From: Dehalococcoides mccartyi
Lineage (GTDB): Bacteria; Chloroflexota; Dehalococcoidia; GIF9; DYGU01
DNA: 64,000 nucleotides
Direction of reading: 5' to 3'
NCBI GenBank assembly: GCA_020724525.1
Contig: DYGU01000004.1
Coordinates: 35,100 to 99,099 of the forward strand
The notes under the pieces are model-generated. The model saw only the letters and a program-made list of their open reading frames with translations. It did not search any database and was not told the origin of the DNA. Of the stretch, positions 21,562-30,929 are shown piece by piece; positions within the stretch are counted from its first letter, which is position 1; each line of letters begins with the position of its first letter. The position numbers and the translations under genes are program-made.

Positions 21562-21814
21562 TTGATAGCGATAATAGCAGACAGGGGCTAAAAGTTAAAG
21601 TTAGCCTTTAAGAAAAGCAACGAAACAAGTGTTTATAAACACGCTCTCTGGAATACAACAAGAGCCGAACTTAGCACTTGCCAATTGATGTACCCTTTGA
21701 ATTATAATCTAAAAAGAAAGACAGAGATGGTTTCGCTTCAAAGATGATAGAATGAGACAAAGAGCTCTGGAGTGGCTTCAGGATATAGGTATAAAATTAG
21801 CTGAGGAGTGAGCT

Positions 21815-22312
21815 ATGGCATTGACTTCGAGCACAGTGGAGAGATTGGTTGAATGGTGTGCTAAAAACGACGATATTGCCGATATTCGGGCAGAAGCGAG
21901 AGCTGATTTCTTCGGTTATGATGAGCCAGGACCAGTTAGCTATATAGCTGACACCGGGGAAATCGTTAGTCGGGAGCGGCGGTTTTTGGGCTGGTTTACC
22001 TTTGGATTTAGATTACCCGATGGTCGGCACCCGGCTGAGTTAGCCGTCACTGCCCTTTTGAAAGGAGATGAGCTCAATTCAGCGCTCGACTCAATTCAGA
22101 AGGCAAAATATGTTACAGCAGTAGTTACTACTGTCGTTCCTGGGCGAGGGCTATACTTGGAACTGGAAGATGAGGAGTTTGAAGTGAACAGCCGTATGCT
22201 GAGCCACATCTTACAAAGAGGAGGCACTCTTTCTACCTATATCTTGCCTACCAGCCGTGACCAATGGCTACCCGGTCCCGGCTGGGTAGCCTGGCAATCC
22301 AATTTGGACTAG
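21815..22312 (+). CDS. Hypothetical protein (165 aa), first gene of a two-gene cassette.
   Basis: Long ORF with host-like codon usage, preceded by a 250 bp intergenic region. No motif recognised. Confidence 0.5.
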   Translation: MALTSSTVERLVEWCAKNDDIADIRAEARADFFGYDEPGPVSYIADTGEIVSRERRFLGWFTFGFRLPDGRHPAELAVTALLKGDELNSALDSIQKAKYVTAVVTTVVPGRGLYLELEDEEFEVNSRMLSHILQRGGTLSTYILPTSRDQWLPGPGWVAWQSNLD

Positions 22313-23961
22313 GAATATGCTCCCGCCTCAAAAAACTTCAGGCAAGTCCTATAGACGTTGAGAGGTTCTTGCAAGGGAGAATTAAAGGGAAAGAGGAACT
22401 ACACAAAGTGGAACGCCCTCAGGATGCTACGCTTGAGGCAGCGATAGCACGAATGTCTGAGATGGCAGGAAGAGAGGGAAAACCAAGGCTCATTATGACA
22501 TCAGAAGAATGGAAGAGGCTCGTTTTGTCCTACCTGACGAATAACGATTTCAGTGGATTCATGAAAGAAATCACTGAACGAAGCGGCGGTTTCAGGTCTG
22601 TTGAGGAAGCAAATAGATGGCTTGCCCTGGCTTCAAATATCTGGAACACAACACCACAACCAGACCGTGGTGGCAAATCAGCCTACCAGCTCTACCAAGG
22701 AAGGACAGTGAGTGATGACTGGCGCAAATACATGGATTACAAGGTGGCGCAGCTAATAGCCAGGCTTAGCGATGAAGCATTGGATAGACTCGAGCAAAGC
22801 TGGCGGCGGGATATAGAGTCCAAGTCTTTGCCCATAAATCCCACTCTCCAAGCGGCGCTGAACAAGCTACCGGCGGCATGGATAGATGCGATTTGTCTGT
22901 GTCTTGGTATCTGTGGGGAAAGGAAAAAACGGGACAAGGTTAGCCAAATTGTATCTCACCTGAAAGATGAGGCGAGCCTCGTGAAAACTGTCTTGGGGCT
23001 GCAGCCTCAACATCGAGAAGCGATGATTTACTTGCTACAGAGTGGTGGCTGGGTCAAATATGGTCAATTGTCCCGGAGATTTGGAGACGAGACTGGAGAT
23101 GGCTGGTGGTGGAATGAAAATCCGCCACACTCAATAATCGGTCAGTTGCGCCTCAGAGGGCTATTATTTGTCGGGCAAGCGCCTATAGGAAGCCGCCACT
23201 ACAAGGTAGCTGTTATCCCCGCTGACCTAAGACAGACACTTCCAAAAGCTGTGCATAAAGTTTCTTCGCTGAAGGCTAAGTTGCCATCACTGGTGGCTAA
23301 TGCCAGCTCTTACCAGGCTCTGGGTAATCAGCTTAGCGAACTGGAGTTGCACTACGGCACCTTTGCCACAGAGGATGAAAGCCTGAAAAAGTACTATGAG
23401 CAGCTTATGTCTTACTGGAATAAGACCGAGTACGCAAAGTACAAAGATACCGGTGAGTTTGGTGTGCAAGAATACCTGTGGAATTTCAGATTGCCTGGCA
23501 GTGATAAGTTTCTGCTGGACTACTTTCTTGAGCAGAAAAGAAATGAGCTCCCGGAGCGACTAATACCAGGACTGTTAAACTGGAGAGGTGCTGAACTGAA
23601 GTGCTGCCGAATCCTGGCACTGAAAGACCTCCTGTTGCTCGAGGATTTAGATACGGGACAAAGAATGTGGTCTTTTAGCTTAGAAATTGGTGGCACAAGA
23701 GCCTTCCAGGGGTCGGTCGGCAAGATGGTAATCAGCTATACGTGTCACTGGGACAAGGATACCTATTGTCTGCTTGGCTATTCTCTGCTGACGCCTGAAA
23801 GAAAGAGTTCGCTCAAAACCTATCAGAATTTGAAGTTTGCCCTGCGTGACACTACGGCAAAGGTACGCCAATATTTTCTTGGAACCCCAAGGAAAGCAAG
23901 ACCGGGACTTTCTGGAATACCGAAGTCCTTTCTCAAAGCTTTTGAAGAGGAGCCGAATTAA
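22264..23961 (+). CDS. Hypothetical protein (about 565 aa). It overlaps the upstream ORF by 49 nt at the first ATG; the true start is uncertain.
   Basis: Long uninterrupted ORF. Notable WWWNENPPHS and Cys-containing segments, no recognisable domain. Followed by about 430 bp of non-coding DNA. Confidence 0.55.
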   Translation: MATRSRLGSLAIQFGLGICSRLKKLQASPIDVERFLQGRIKGKEELHKVERPQDATLEAAIARMSEMAGREGKPRLIMTSEEWKRLVLSYLTNNDFSGFMKEITERSGGFRSVEEANRWLALASNIWNTTPQPDRGGKSAYQLYQGRTVSDDWRKYMDYKVAQLIARLSDEALDRLEQSWRRDIESKSLPINPTLQAALNKLPAAWIDAICLCLGICGERKKRDKVSQIVSHLKDEASLVKTVLGLQPQHREAMIYLLQSGGWVKYGQLSRRFGDETGDGWWWNENPPHSIIGQLRLRGLLFVGQAPIGSRHYKVAVIPADLRQTLPKAVHKVSSLKAKLPSLVANASSYQALGNQLSELELHYGTFATEDESLKKYYEQLMSYWNKTEYAKYKDTGEFGVQEYLWNFRLPGSDKFLLDYFLEQKRNELPERLIPGLLNWRGAELKCCRILALKDLLLLEDLDTGQRMWSFSLEIGGTRAFQGSVGKMVISYTCHWDKDTYCLLGYSLLTPERKSSLKTYQNLKFALRDTTAKVRQYFLGTPRKARPGLSGIPKSFLKAFEEEPN

Positions 23962-24394
23962 CCACCTTTGCCTAAAGTTTTAGTCGGAATTGTCAGTGTC
24001 CTCAGCGTCGTCTCTGAACCAAAACGATGGATTGTTGCTCAAATACTACCCAGAAACACTGGCTTGACGTAGCAGTGGGGTTAAGCTGACCATAAAAGGA
24101 AAATAAATAAGTTGGGCAATCAAGGGTATAAACAGAGCGGTCAAGTGCCTTTCCGCATCAGTTGAGCCGAATCTAATTTGACAAATGCTTCTACGAGGTA
24201 TAAAATTTTAGTTGCTATAGAAGTCTGGAGGATTTGCATTATGGGGCCTGTTTATCCTGTCTGAGGATGGGTGAGATAATTTTTATTTGGCTTTATTTTG
24301 CATAGAGCTTAAGTCGGACTGCTAATTCACCTTTACGCAATTTAAATTGGTGAAGACAACAAGAATTCGTTTATGGTTGTTGTTCGCCTAAGTA

Positions 24395-24694
24395 TTATAA
24401 GGTAGCTTCCAAACTCTTCTTGATTCCCAAAAACTCGTCCCTTCCTATCAAGTTTTGTATTTCCCCTCTCACTTTGTTTCTTTCCTCCTTTGTTTCAGCA
24501 AATCTCGCTTTTACAAATATGTAGGTTTCTACTAATTCTGGGTCATCGAAGCCTTTTATCGTCTTGTCATACTTCTTGTATGCTTCCTCTGCCCAATTCA
24601 ATGCGGTTTGTTTATCTGCTAGCAGTAGAGGCTCTTGCTGGTGTTTGAGTGCATAATAATAAGCTAAATTATTCTTCGCACAAATTCTTTCCAA
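24395..24694 (-). CDS. Hypothetical small protein (99 aa) in an AT-rich islet.
   Basis: ORF only. AT-rich codon usage differs from its neighbours. Confidence 0.35.
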   Translation of the reverse strand: MERICAKNNLAYYYALKHQQEPLLLADKQTALNWAEEAYKKYDKTIKGFDDPELVETYIFVKARFAETKEERNKVRGEIQNLIGRDEFLGIKKSLEATL

Positions 24695-24760
24695 GTTATC
24701 TAATTCTTCCTTTAAAGATTCTTTTGTTTTTCTTATCGCTAGGTCGATTTTTCCGTAGAA

Positions 24761-25087
24761 TTAATAATTTAAACCCATCGATATCGCCAATTTTCCTCCC
24801 ATTCTCGAAAAATTTTTCTCGATATCTGCTCTGACAGCCTTTATCGTTTCGTTTCGGACCATCCTCCAAACAAACCAAGCAGATACAGTTACCGCGGCAA
24901 GAAGAATTAGAAGTAAGTCTCTTAGGACTGCGTACTGGTCTATTAACCTATATGCTTCTGGAGCCCGAATAATATAGAAAGCTATCGCTACAACTACTCC
25001 GACAATTGCGAGAGGTAACAGTGTATCATAAAGAACCCTCCTCGAGATTCCACATATTTCCTTTGGTTTCCCCATTTTTGATATCAC
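24761..25087 (-). CDS. Small membrane protein (two predicted TM helices).
   Basis: Hydrophobic stretches LLPLAIVGVVVAIAFYII and LLLILLAAVTVSAWFVW. AT-rich. Confidence 0.4.
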   Translation of the reverse strand: MISKMGKPKEICGISRRVLYDTLLPLAIVGVVVAIAFYIIRAPEAYRLIDQYAVLRDLLLILLAAVTVSAWFVWRMVRNETIKAVRADIEKNFSRMGGKLAISMGLNY

Positions 25088-25576
25088 CTCCTTGTTGCCA
25101 TCGCCATAGCTGATTATTTCTGAACCAATTAGGTCATGCTTGAACGCAAAAACACCTGTGAGACAAGGGCAGGCAAATTCGTCCCTATCCTAGGGCTACT
25201 CATCTACACTCCGGGTATCTTCTTATTTCTTTTTTAAGTAGATTCATTCCACGGTTGTCAACTTGATAAGTAAACTGGGGACTTTTCGGTTTTCCAGAGC
25301 TTTAGGGGGCTTGGTGCGACTATTATGCCACATTTCATCATCTGCTCCAATCCTAAGACCCTTGAAGACAGGGCACGGTGACGCAAACCCAAATAACAGG
25401 GGATGGCGAGTTGCGCTTTCCCTCCGTGGTTAGCTGACCAAACTGGCTTTTGTTCAGCCCAGTCTATTGTATTGTTGGCTGCTGAACTGTCTAATCGTGG
25501 GGGTGGAGTTTCAGCAGTCCTGAAGGTTAGTTCTAAAAGAGCTGCAATTTGGTTGTGATATAATGACCCATCGGGA

Positions 25577-26920
25577 ATGGACTATAAACAAGCGGAAGAC
25601 TATATTCTCAGCTTTACTGATTATGAGAAAATCTCGGGTATTCTTTATACTTCGGCTAATTATGATTTGGGGCGGATGGATGAACTCCTGGAACCCTTGG
25701 GCAATCCTCACCTCTCAGCCCGGACGGTCCATATAGCCGGCACTAAAGGGAAAGGGAGTACTGCAGCTATGATTGCCCAGGTTCTGACCACTTCTGGCTA
25801 TAGGACAGGTCTCTATACTTCCCCCCACCTCCATACCTTGAGGGAGCGGATTAGAATTGATGGTGAATTAATTTCCGAGGTTGACTTTGTTTCTCTGGTT
25901 GAGATTCTTCAGCCAATAGTGGCAGAAGTAAATAATAAAGCTTCTTATGGACAACTGACCACCTTTGAAATCCTGACGGCTCTGGCTTTTGCCTATTTTG
26001 CTTGGGAAAAAACGGATTTTCAGGTACTGGAAGTGGGTTTAGGCGGGAGACTGGATGCTACAAATGTGGTTAAACCTGAAGTCTGTGTTATCACTTCTAT
26101 TAGTCTGGATCATACCGAGGTTTTGGGAGATACTATAGCCAAGATAGCTATGGAAAAAGCCGGAATTATTAAGGAGGGATGTCTTGTGGTCAGTGCTCCT
26201 CAGCCGGCAGAAGCTAAAGAGGTAATCAAACAGGTCTGCCGGGAAAAAGGAGCCAGATTAATTCAGGTGGGGGAGGATATAACCTGGCACAAGGCAAACT
26301 CAGACCTCAGCCATCAGTCTTTCCGGGTTAATAGCAAAGCCAACAGTTATTATCTCACCATTCCCCTTCTCGGCGACCACCAGTTGGAAAATGCGGCTAA
26401 TGCCGTAGCCGTGTTAGAAGCTTTGGCTTCTTCGGGGGCTAAAATCTCAGCCGAGGATATTAAAAGAGGTTTAGAGTGGGTGACCTGGGCGGGTCGTCTC
26501 CAGATTCTCAGCCATCAACCCCTCCTGGTGGTTGATGGGGCTCACAATGCTTACTCAATGAAGAAATTAATAGAGGCAGTCCGTCACCATTTTGACTATG
26601 ACCGATGCTTTGTCATCTTCGGCACTTCTTGCGATAAGGATATTTCTGGTATGGTTAGTGAGCTTATTTCCTTACCTTGTCATATTTTGGTCACCCGTTC
26701 CGCTCACCCCCGGGCGGCATCTCTTTCTGTGGTGACTCAAGAATTCGCCAATCACGATATTAGAGTAGATGTGGCAGAGAATACTGCTATCGCCTTGTCT
26801 CGTCTTTTAACTTTAGCCGGTCCTGAGGACCTTATTCTGGTAACTGGCTCTCTCTTTGTAGTTGCTGAAGCTATAGATTATGTCACCAAATATCTTCCCT
26901 TGCCAGGTAAAAAAGTTTAA
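25577..26920 (+). CDS. folC: Folylpolyglutamate synthase / dihydrofolate synthase.
   Basis: 447 aa with a Mur-ligase P-loop (IAGTKGKGSTAAM), HLHTLRERI, and a C-terminal Mur ligase domain. Confidence 0.9.
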   Translation: MDYKQAEDYILSFTDYEKISGILYTSANYDLGRMDELLEPLGNPHLSARTVHIAGTKGKGSTAAMIAQVLTTSGYRTGLYTSPHLHTLRERIRIDGELISEVDFVSLVEILQPIVAEVNNKASYGQLTTFEILTALAFAYFAWEKTDFQVLEVGLGGRLDATNVVKPEVCVITSISLDHTEVLGDTIAKIAMEKAGIIKEGCLVVSAPQPAEAKEVIKQVCREKGARLIQVGEDITWHKANSDLSHQSFRVNSKANSYYLTIPLLGDHQLENAANAVAVLEALASSGAKISAEDIKRGLEWVTWAGRLQILSHQPLLVVDGAHNAYSMKKLIEAVRHHFDYDRCFVIFGTSCDKDISGMVSELISLPCHILVTRSAHPRAASLSVVTQEFANHDIRVDVAENTAIALSRLLTLAGPEDLILVTGSLFVVAEAIDYVTKYLPLPGKKV

Positions 26921-26943
26921 TGAGTTGTTGAGTAATTATTGCC

Positions 26944-27088
26944 TGTTAGTGCGAGGGGCGTTAGCCCCGAAGCAATACCAAGAGATTGCCACGCTTCTTA
27001 CACCCAGCCGAATCGTAGATTCGGCTGGGAACCCGGGGTCCCCACAAAATCATAGATTTTGTGGGGTGTTCTTCGCTCGCAATGACAG
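26944..27088. repeat. MITE-like element A: terminal inverted repeats enclosing two GC-clamped hairpins.
   Basis: TIRs TGTTAGTGCGAGG (26944-26956) and CGCTCGCAATGACA (27075-27088). Internal hairpins CCCAGCCGAATC-GTA-GATTCGGCTGGG and CCCCACAAAATC-ATA-GATTTTGTGGGG. It shares a CAATACCAAGAGATTGCCACGCTT core with element B. A further hairpin GCAGGGCGACC-TTTTAA-GGTCGCCCTGC lies at 27130-27157. Confidence 0.7.
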
Positions 27089-27212
27089 AATGGGGTTAGT
27101 GAACAATCTCAAAGTTTAATGGCGACCTTGCAGGGCGACCTTTTAAGGTCGCCCTGCCCGACATTAGTAAAAAACCTCAAGAGTAATAAAAATTAAGGAG
27201 AGGAGGTGACTA

Positions 27213-27485
27213 ATGGTCGAGCAGATAGGGTATAAAATCATCGGCACCGTAACTGGTATTAAGGGGGAGTGTAGCTGGGGGCACAAAGTCGGCGATAAGT
27301 TTGAACTCAGTGGCTTTAATAGTGCCGGTCTTTGTGGCTTTTTCTATCACGATGCTTTTCCCTACATTATTATGCTCCAGTTCAGCGGCAGTTTCCCCGA
27401 AGAATGGGGACACCCCGATGTTGTAGAACTTGAATGTATGGATAGAGCTGTTGCCGTTAAGCTGGAGTTACGCCGGCTAAGATAG
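27213..27485 (+). CDS. Small Cys/His-rich conserved protein (TIGR04076-like family).
   Basis: 90 aa with GECSWGHKVGDKFE...GLCGFFYHDAFPYI. A strong RBS (aaggagaggagg) sits upstream. Confidence 0.5.
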   Translation: MVEQIGYKIIGTVTGIKGECSWGHKVGDKFELSGFNSAGLCGFFYHDAFPYIIMLQFSGSFPEEWGHPDVVELECMDRAVAVKLELRRLR

Positions 27486-27502
27486 AGCCCCCAGAGTTGT
27501 CC

Positions 27503-28704
27503 TTAGCTTAAGCCATATTTCTGGGCTGTCTTTCTAAAACCTGTTAGAGAGCCTTCTATGACTCTATCTTCGACACAGAAGGCGATGCGAAAATAGCCAG
27601 GGGCTCCAAAAGCAGTGCCGGGCACTACCAGTACCAGGTTCTTACTGAGCTCATCAGCAAACTCCAGGTTGTCTACCGGTGTCTTGGGGAACATATAAAA
27701 GGCGCCCTCGGGCTTCACTACGGGGTATCCTATCTGAGTCAGCTCCTGGTAGAGGAAGTCCCTTTTGCGTTGATATTCACCAATATTGACACAGGCTCGC
27801 TGTAGTTTACCGACTATTCGCTGCATTAAAGCCGGGGCGTTAACAAAGCCCAGAGCCTGGTTGCAGAAGCCAATAGCGGCTTCCAGTTCCCCACCTTCGT
27901 TACATTGCGGATTTACGGCTACATAACAATGCGCTCCCCTGCCAGAGAAAGGTCTTTGGAGTGGGGGGTAACGGCTATGGTCCGGGGATGGTAATAGAAT
28001 ACATAAGGGCACTTCACTCCGTCATAGACAAGCTTGCGGTAAGGTTCATCACTGAGGATAAAGATCCGGGTGCCCAAGCGTGATTCCTTAGCTTGGATTA
28101 TTTGTCCCATTTGTCGCAGGACATCCTCCTTATAAACGACGCCGGTGGGATTGTGGGGTGAATTTATTATTACCTTGGTGCGATGGGTGATGGCTCTTTC
28201 CAGAGCCTTTAGGTCGGGGTTAAAGTTAACACCAGAAGGTACTACTTTGGCAATCCCTGACTGATTGGCAATATAGAGCAAGAACTCAGGAAAGTAAGGG
28301 GCAAAGGCAATGGCTTCGTCTCCCTGGCTGAGCAGGGCTCTTAAGGTAATTGATATTCCACCCCCAGCACCTATGGACATAATAATATCCTTAGCCGTGA
28401 ACGGTAGCCCTGTTTCTGATGTCAGGTACTGGGCAATTTCAGCCCTCGTTTCCGGATAGCCGGCATTTACCATATACCGGTGCATACCTGAAATAGGGTG
28501 GTTGGCTAATTTCTGTAGCTGTTGGTAGAACTCTTGAGGGGGTTCCAGTATCGGATTACCCAAGGAAAGGTCAAAGACTTTGTCCTCACCATACTGCTTC
28601 TTTAATGCCACCCCCTCCTCAAAGGCTTTCCGGATGAAGCTACCTCGTTCTATTTGTTGCTGAATTTCTCGAGAGATTACCGAAGTCTTATTAGAAACTT
28701 TCAT
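27503..28704 (-). pseudogene. Class I/II PLP-dependent aminotransferase, interrupted by a frameshift.
   Basis: The N-terminal ORF (27919-28704, carries the PLP-Lys region TPHSKDLSLAGERIV) and the C-terminal ORF (27503-28012) overlap in different frames. The total span of 1202 nt is not a multiple of 3. Joined, they give a typical aminotransferase of about 400 aa. Confidence 0.7.
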
Positions 28705-28892
28705 TTGTCACATCCATAAAGTTTATTAAATAAGGAACCCTCCCGCGCGGGAGGGTTCCTTTAGTTTTCCTTTTAACTTGTAACTTGGGTTATATTTCTC
28801 TGGTTACGCAAACACCCCCTAAGCGGACTTAGACCACAGTCTAAAGAAGTAATAAACACTCTCCTTGACTGAGGGTGTTTACTAATTCCTAA

Positions 28893-29093
28893 CCGTCATT
28901 GCGAGGAGCATAGCGGTTGCGAGGCATAGCCGAAGCAACTCAGAGTGAGATTCCTCGCTTACGCTTCGGAACAAGCTCCGCAATACCAAGAGATTGCCAC
29001 GCTTCACGCCCCACAAAATCAAAGATTTTGTGGGGGCCCCGGGTTCCCAGCGAAATCTAAGATTTCGCTGGGTATGCTTGGCTCGCAGTGACA
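28893..29093. repeat. MITE-like element B, related to element A but with its internal hairpin block inverted and a duplicated about 30 nt submotif.
   Basis: TIRs CCGTCATTGCGAGG (28893-28906) and GCTCGCAGTGACA (29081-29093). Hairpins CCCCACAAAATC-AAA-GATTTTGTGGGGG and CCCAGCGAAATC-TAA-GATTTCGCTGGG occur in the opposite order to element A. Shared core CAATACCAAGAGATTGCCACGCTT. Confidence 0.7.
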
Positions 29094-29178
29094 ACTGGGC
29101 AATTGCTAAACGGTCTCCTTGACAAAGAGCACTCTAAAGACTTATTCTGTTTTTTGATTTTCTTCAGGAAAGGAGGTA

Positions 29179-29610
29179 ATGAAATTGGCTGAAGCTTCAG
29201 TAATAACGGACGAATTAAAGAACTTGCTCAATGTGGAATTTGGTCCGGAGGTATACGAAGTTGAGAAGGGGATGCTTAAGAAGTTTGCCGATGCTGTTGG
29301 TGACCCTAATCCGTTGTGGCGGAAAGTAGCTCCCCCCACCTTTGCTACAGCTCTAAGGCTGGACGAGTTGACCCAGAAGATGTGGACAGTCAAATGTCCC
29401 CTTACCCGCTTTCTTAATGCCGGAAATGAGCTGGAATATTACCAACCCATAAAAGTGGATGATGTTATCTCCGTTACCGGTAAACTGGCTGACATCCGGG
29501 AGCGGGAAGGTAAAATGGGTAAAATGCTGTTTATGACCCTGGAACTCACCTACAAAAACCAGAAAGGGGAAACCGTAATCAAGGGTCGGAATACTATTAT
29601 CAGGTATTAA
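29179..29610 (+). CDS. MaoC-like hotdog-fold dehydratase, N-terminal-type subunit.
   Basis: 143 aa hotdog fold. It is translationally coupled to the next MaoC-like gene (2 nt gap). Confidence 0.65.
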   Translation: MKLAEASVITDELKNLLNVEFGPEVYEVEKGMLKKFADAVGDPNPLWRKVAPPTFATALRLDELTQKMWTVKCPLTRFLNAGNELEYYQPIKVDDVISVTGKLADIREREGKMGKMLFMTLELTYKNQKGETVIKGRNTIIRY

Positions 29611-29611
29611 T

Positions 29612-30061
29612 TTGGGATGGTCTATTAAAGTGGCAAAGCAAGTTTTTTACGAAGATGTTGAAGTTGGTAGTGAACTTGCAGTATTGGTTAAACACCCCAC
29701 GACCATGCAGTTAGTCAAATGGGCTGGTGCCTCTGGAGACTACTACCCAATACACTATGATAAAGATTTTGCCCAAGCCAATGGACTGCCGGGGGTTATT
29801 GTTCACGGCTGGTTGACCTGTTCCTTTCTGGGGCAACTGGTAACGGACTGGATGGGGGAGAAGGGGACTCTGGCGAAATTGGGCTGTATCTATCGGGCAA
29901 TGCATTTCCCGTGCCAAAATATTACCTGTAAGGGGAAGGTGACTAAGAAATATGTTCAGGATGACAAGTATTATGTAGACTGTGAAGTCTGGGCAGAGAA
30001 CCCTAAAGGGGAAAGGACTACTCCCGGCTCAGCGACAGTCATTTTACCCTCTCGAAGTTAA
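29612..30061 (+). CDS. MaoC-family (R)-specific enoyl-CoA hydratase / dehydratase.
   Basis: 149 aa with GDYYPIHYDKDFAQANGLPGVIVHGWL, the MaoC hotdog signature. Confidence 0.8.
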   Translation: MGWSIKVAKQVFYEDVEVGSELAVLVKHPTTMQLVKWAGASGDYYPIHYDKDFAQANGLPGVIVHGWLTCSFLGQLVTDWMGEKGTLAKLGCIYRAMHFPCQNITCKGKVTKKYVQDDKYYVDCEVWAENPKGERTTPGSATVILPSRS

Positions 30062-30071
30062 GGAGAATTAA

Positions 30072-30854
30072 ATGGGCAAATTAGATGGTAAAGTTGCTGT
30101 CATTACTGGTTCTGGGCGAGGTATAGGTAAGGCTATTGCTATTCTTTTTGCCCGAGAAGGGGCGACAGTGGTAATTAATGACATTGATATTGCTCCAGCC
30201 CAGGAGACGGTTACAGAAATACAAGCTTTTGGCGGCAAGACCGCTGTTTGTGTTGCCGACATCACCAAAGCCGAGGAATCTCAAAAACTTATGGATACAG
30301 CCGGGGAAAAATTTGGCAAACTTGATATCCTGGTTAATAACGCCGGAATTACCAGGGATGCCTTGATTCCGAGGATGACCGATGCTGGGTGGGATACCTG
30401 TATTAATATTAATTTAAAGGGGACTTTTAACTGTATCCGAGCAGCTTCTAAATATATGATGAAGGATGGGCACAACGGGAGGATAATCAATGTCACTTCG
30501 GTAGCTGGGCTTATGGGTAATGTTGGGCAGATTAATTATTCGGCAGCTAAAGCCGGTATTATCGGGTTGACTAAGACGGTGGCTAAGGAATGGGCAAGCT
30601 ATGGCATTACCTGTAATGCCATAGCTTATGGCTTTGTGGATACTCGCTTGACCCGGGAAAAAGAGACCGGAGAGGAGGTTATGGGGAAGAAGGTGGGCAT
30701 ACCCAAGAAAATCAGGGATATGATGATAATGCAACTTGCCGGCAAGGTAATGACTCCTGAAGATGCAGCTAAACCAGTCCTTTTCTTAGCCTCTGAGGAT
30801 GCTGCCTTCATCACCGGTAACGTCCTTAATGTCACCGCCGGCTTGTATATGTAG
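30072..30854 (+). CDS. fabG: 3-oxoacyl-ACP reductase (short-chain dehydrogenase/reductase).
   Basis: 260 aa with [16 protein letters not shown], and a catalytic YSAAK motif. Confidence 0.85.
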   Translation: MGKLDGKVAVITGSGRGIGKAIAILFAREGATVVINDIDIAPAQETVTEIQAFGGKTAVCVADITKAEESQKLMDTAGEKFGKLDILVNNAGITRDALIPRMTDAGWDTCININLKGTFNCIRAASKYMMKDGHNGRIINVTSVAGLMGNVGQINYSAAKAGIIGLTKTVAKEWASYGITCNAIAYGFVDTRLTREKETGEEVMGKKVGIPKKIRDMMIMQLAGKVMTPEDAAKPVLFLASEDAAFITGNVLNVTAGLYM

Positions 30855-30868
30855 AGATGTTCCAGCTT

Positions 30869-30882
30869 GGGCAATATTGCCC
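30869..30882 (+). terminator. Perfect 14 nt palindrome downstream of fabG; a weak terminator candidate.
   Basis: GGGCAATATTGCCC. There is no strong T-run after it. Confidence 0.3.
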
Positions 30883-30929
30883 ATAACCCTATTCTGTATA
30901 ACCGAATCGTGAGGAATAATTAGTGCTGG

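Noticed and set aside
27130-27157. Hairpin GCAGGGCGACC-TTTTAA-GGTCGCCCTGC as a Rho-independent terminator
   Set aside because: It forms a strong stem, but it is not followed by a T-run and lies upstream of a plus-strand gene. It is more likely part of the repeat-element flank than a terminator.
30068-30874. Multiple minus-strand ORFs (30068-30268, 30281-30496, 30414-30734, 30626-30874) opposite fabG
   Set aside because: They are shadow ORFs inside a strongly supported SDR gene.
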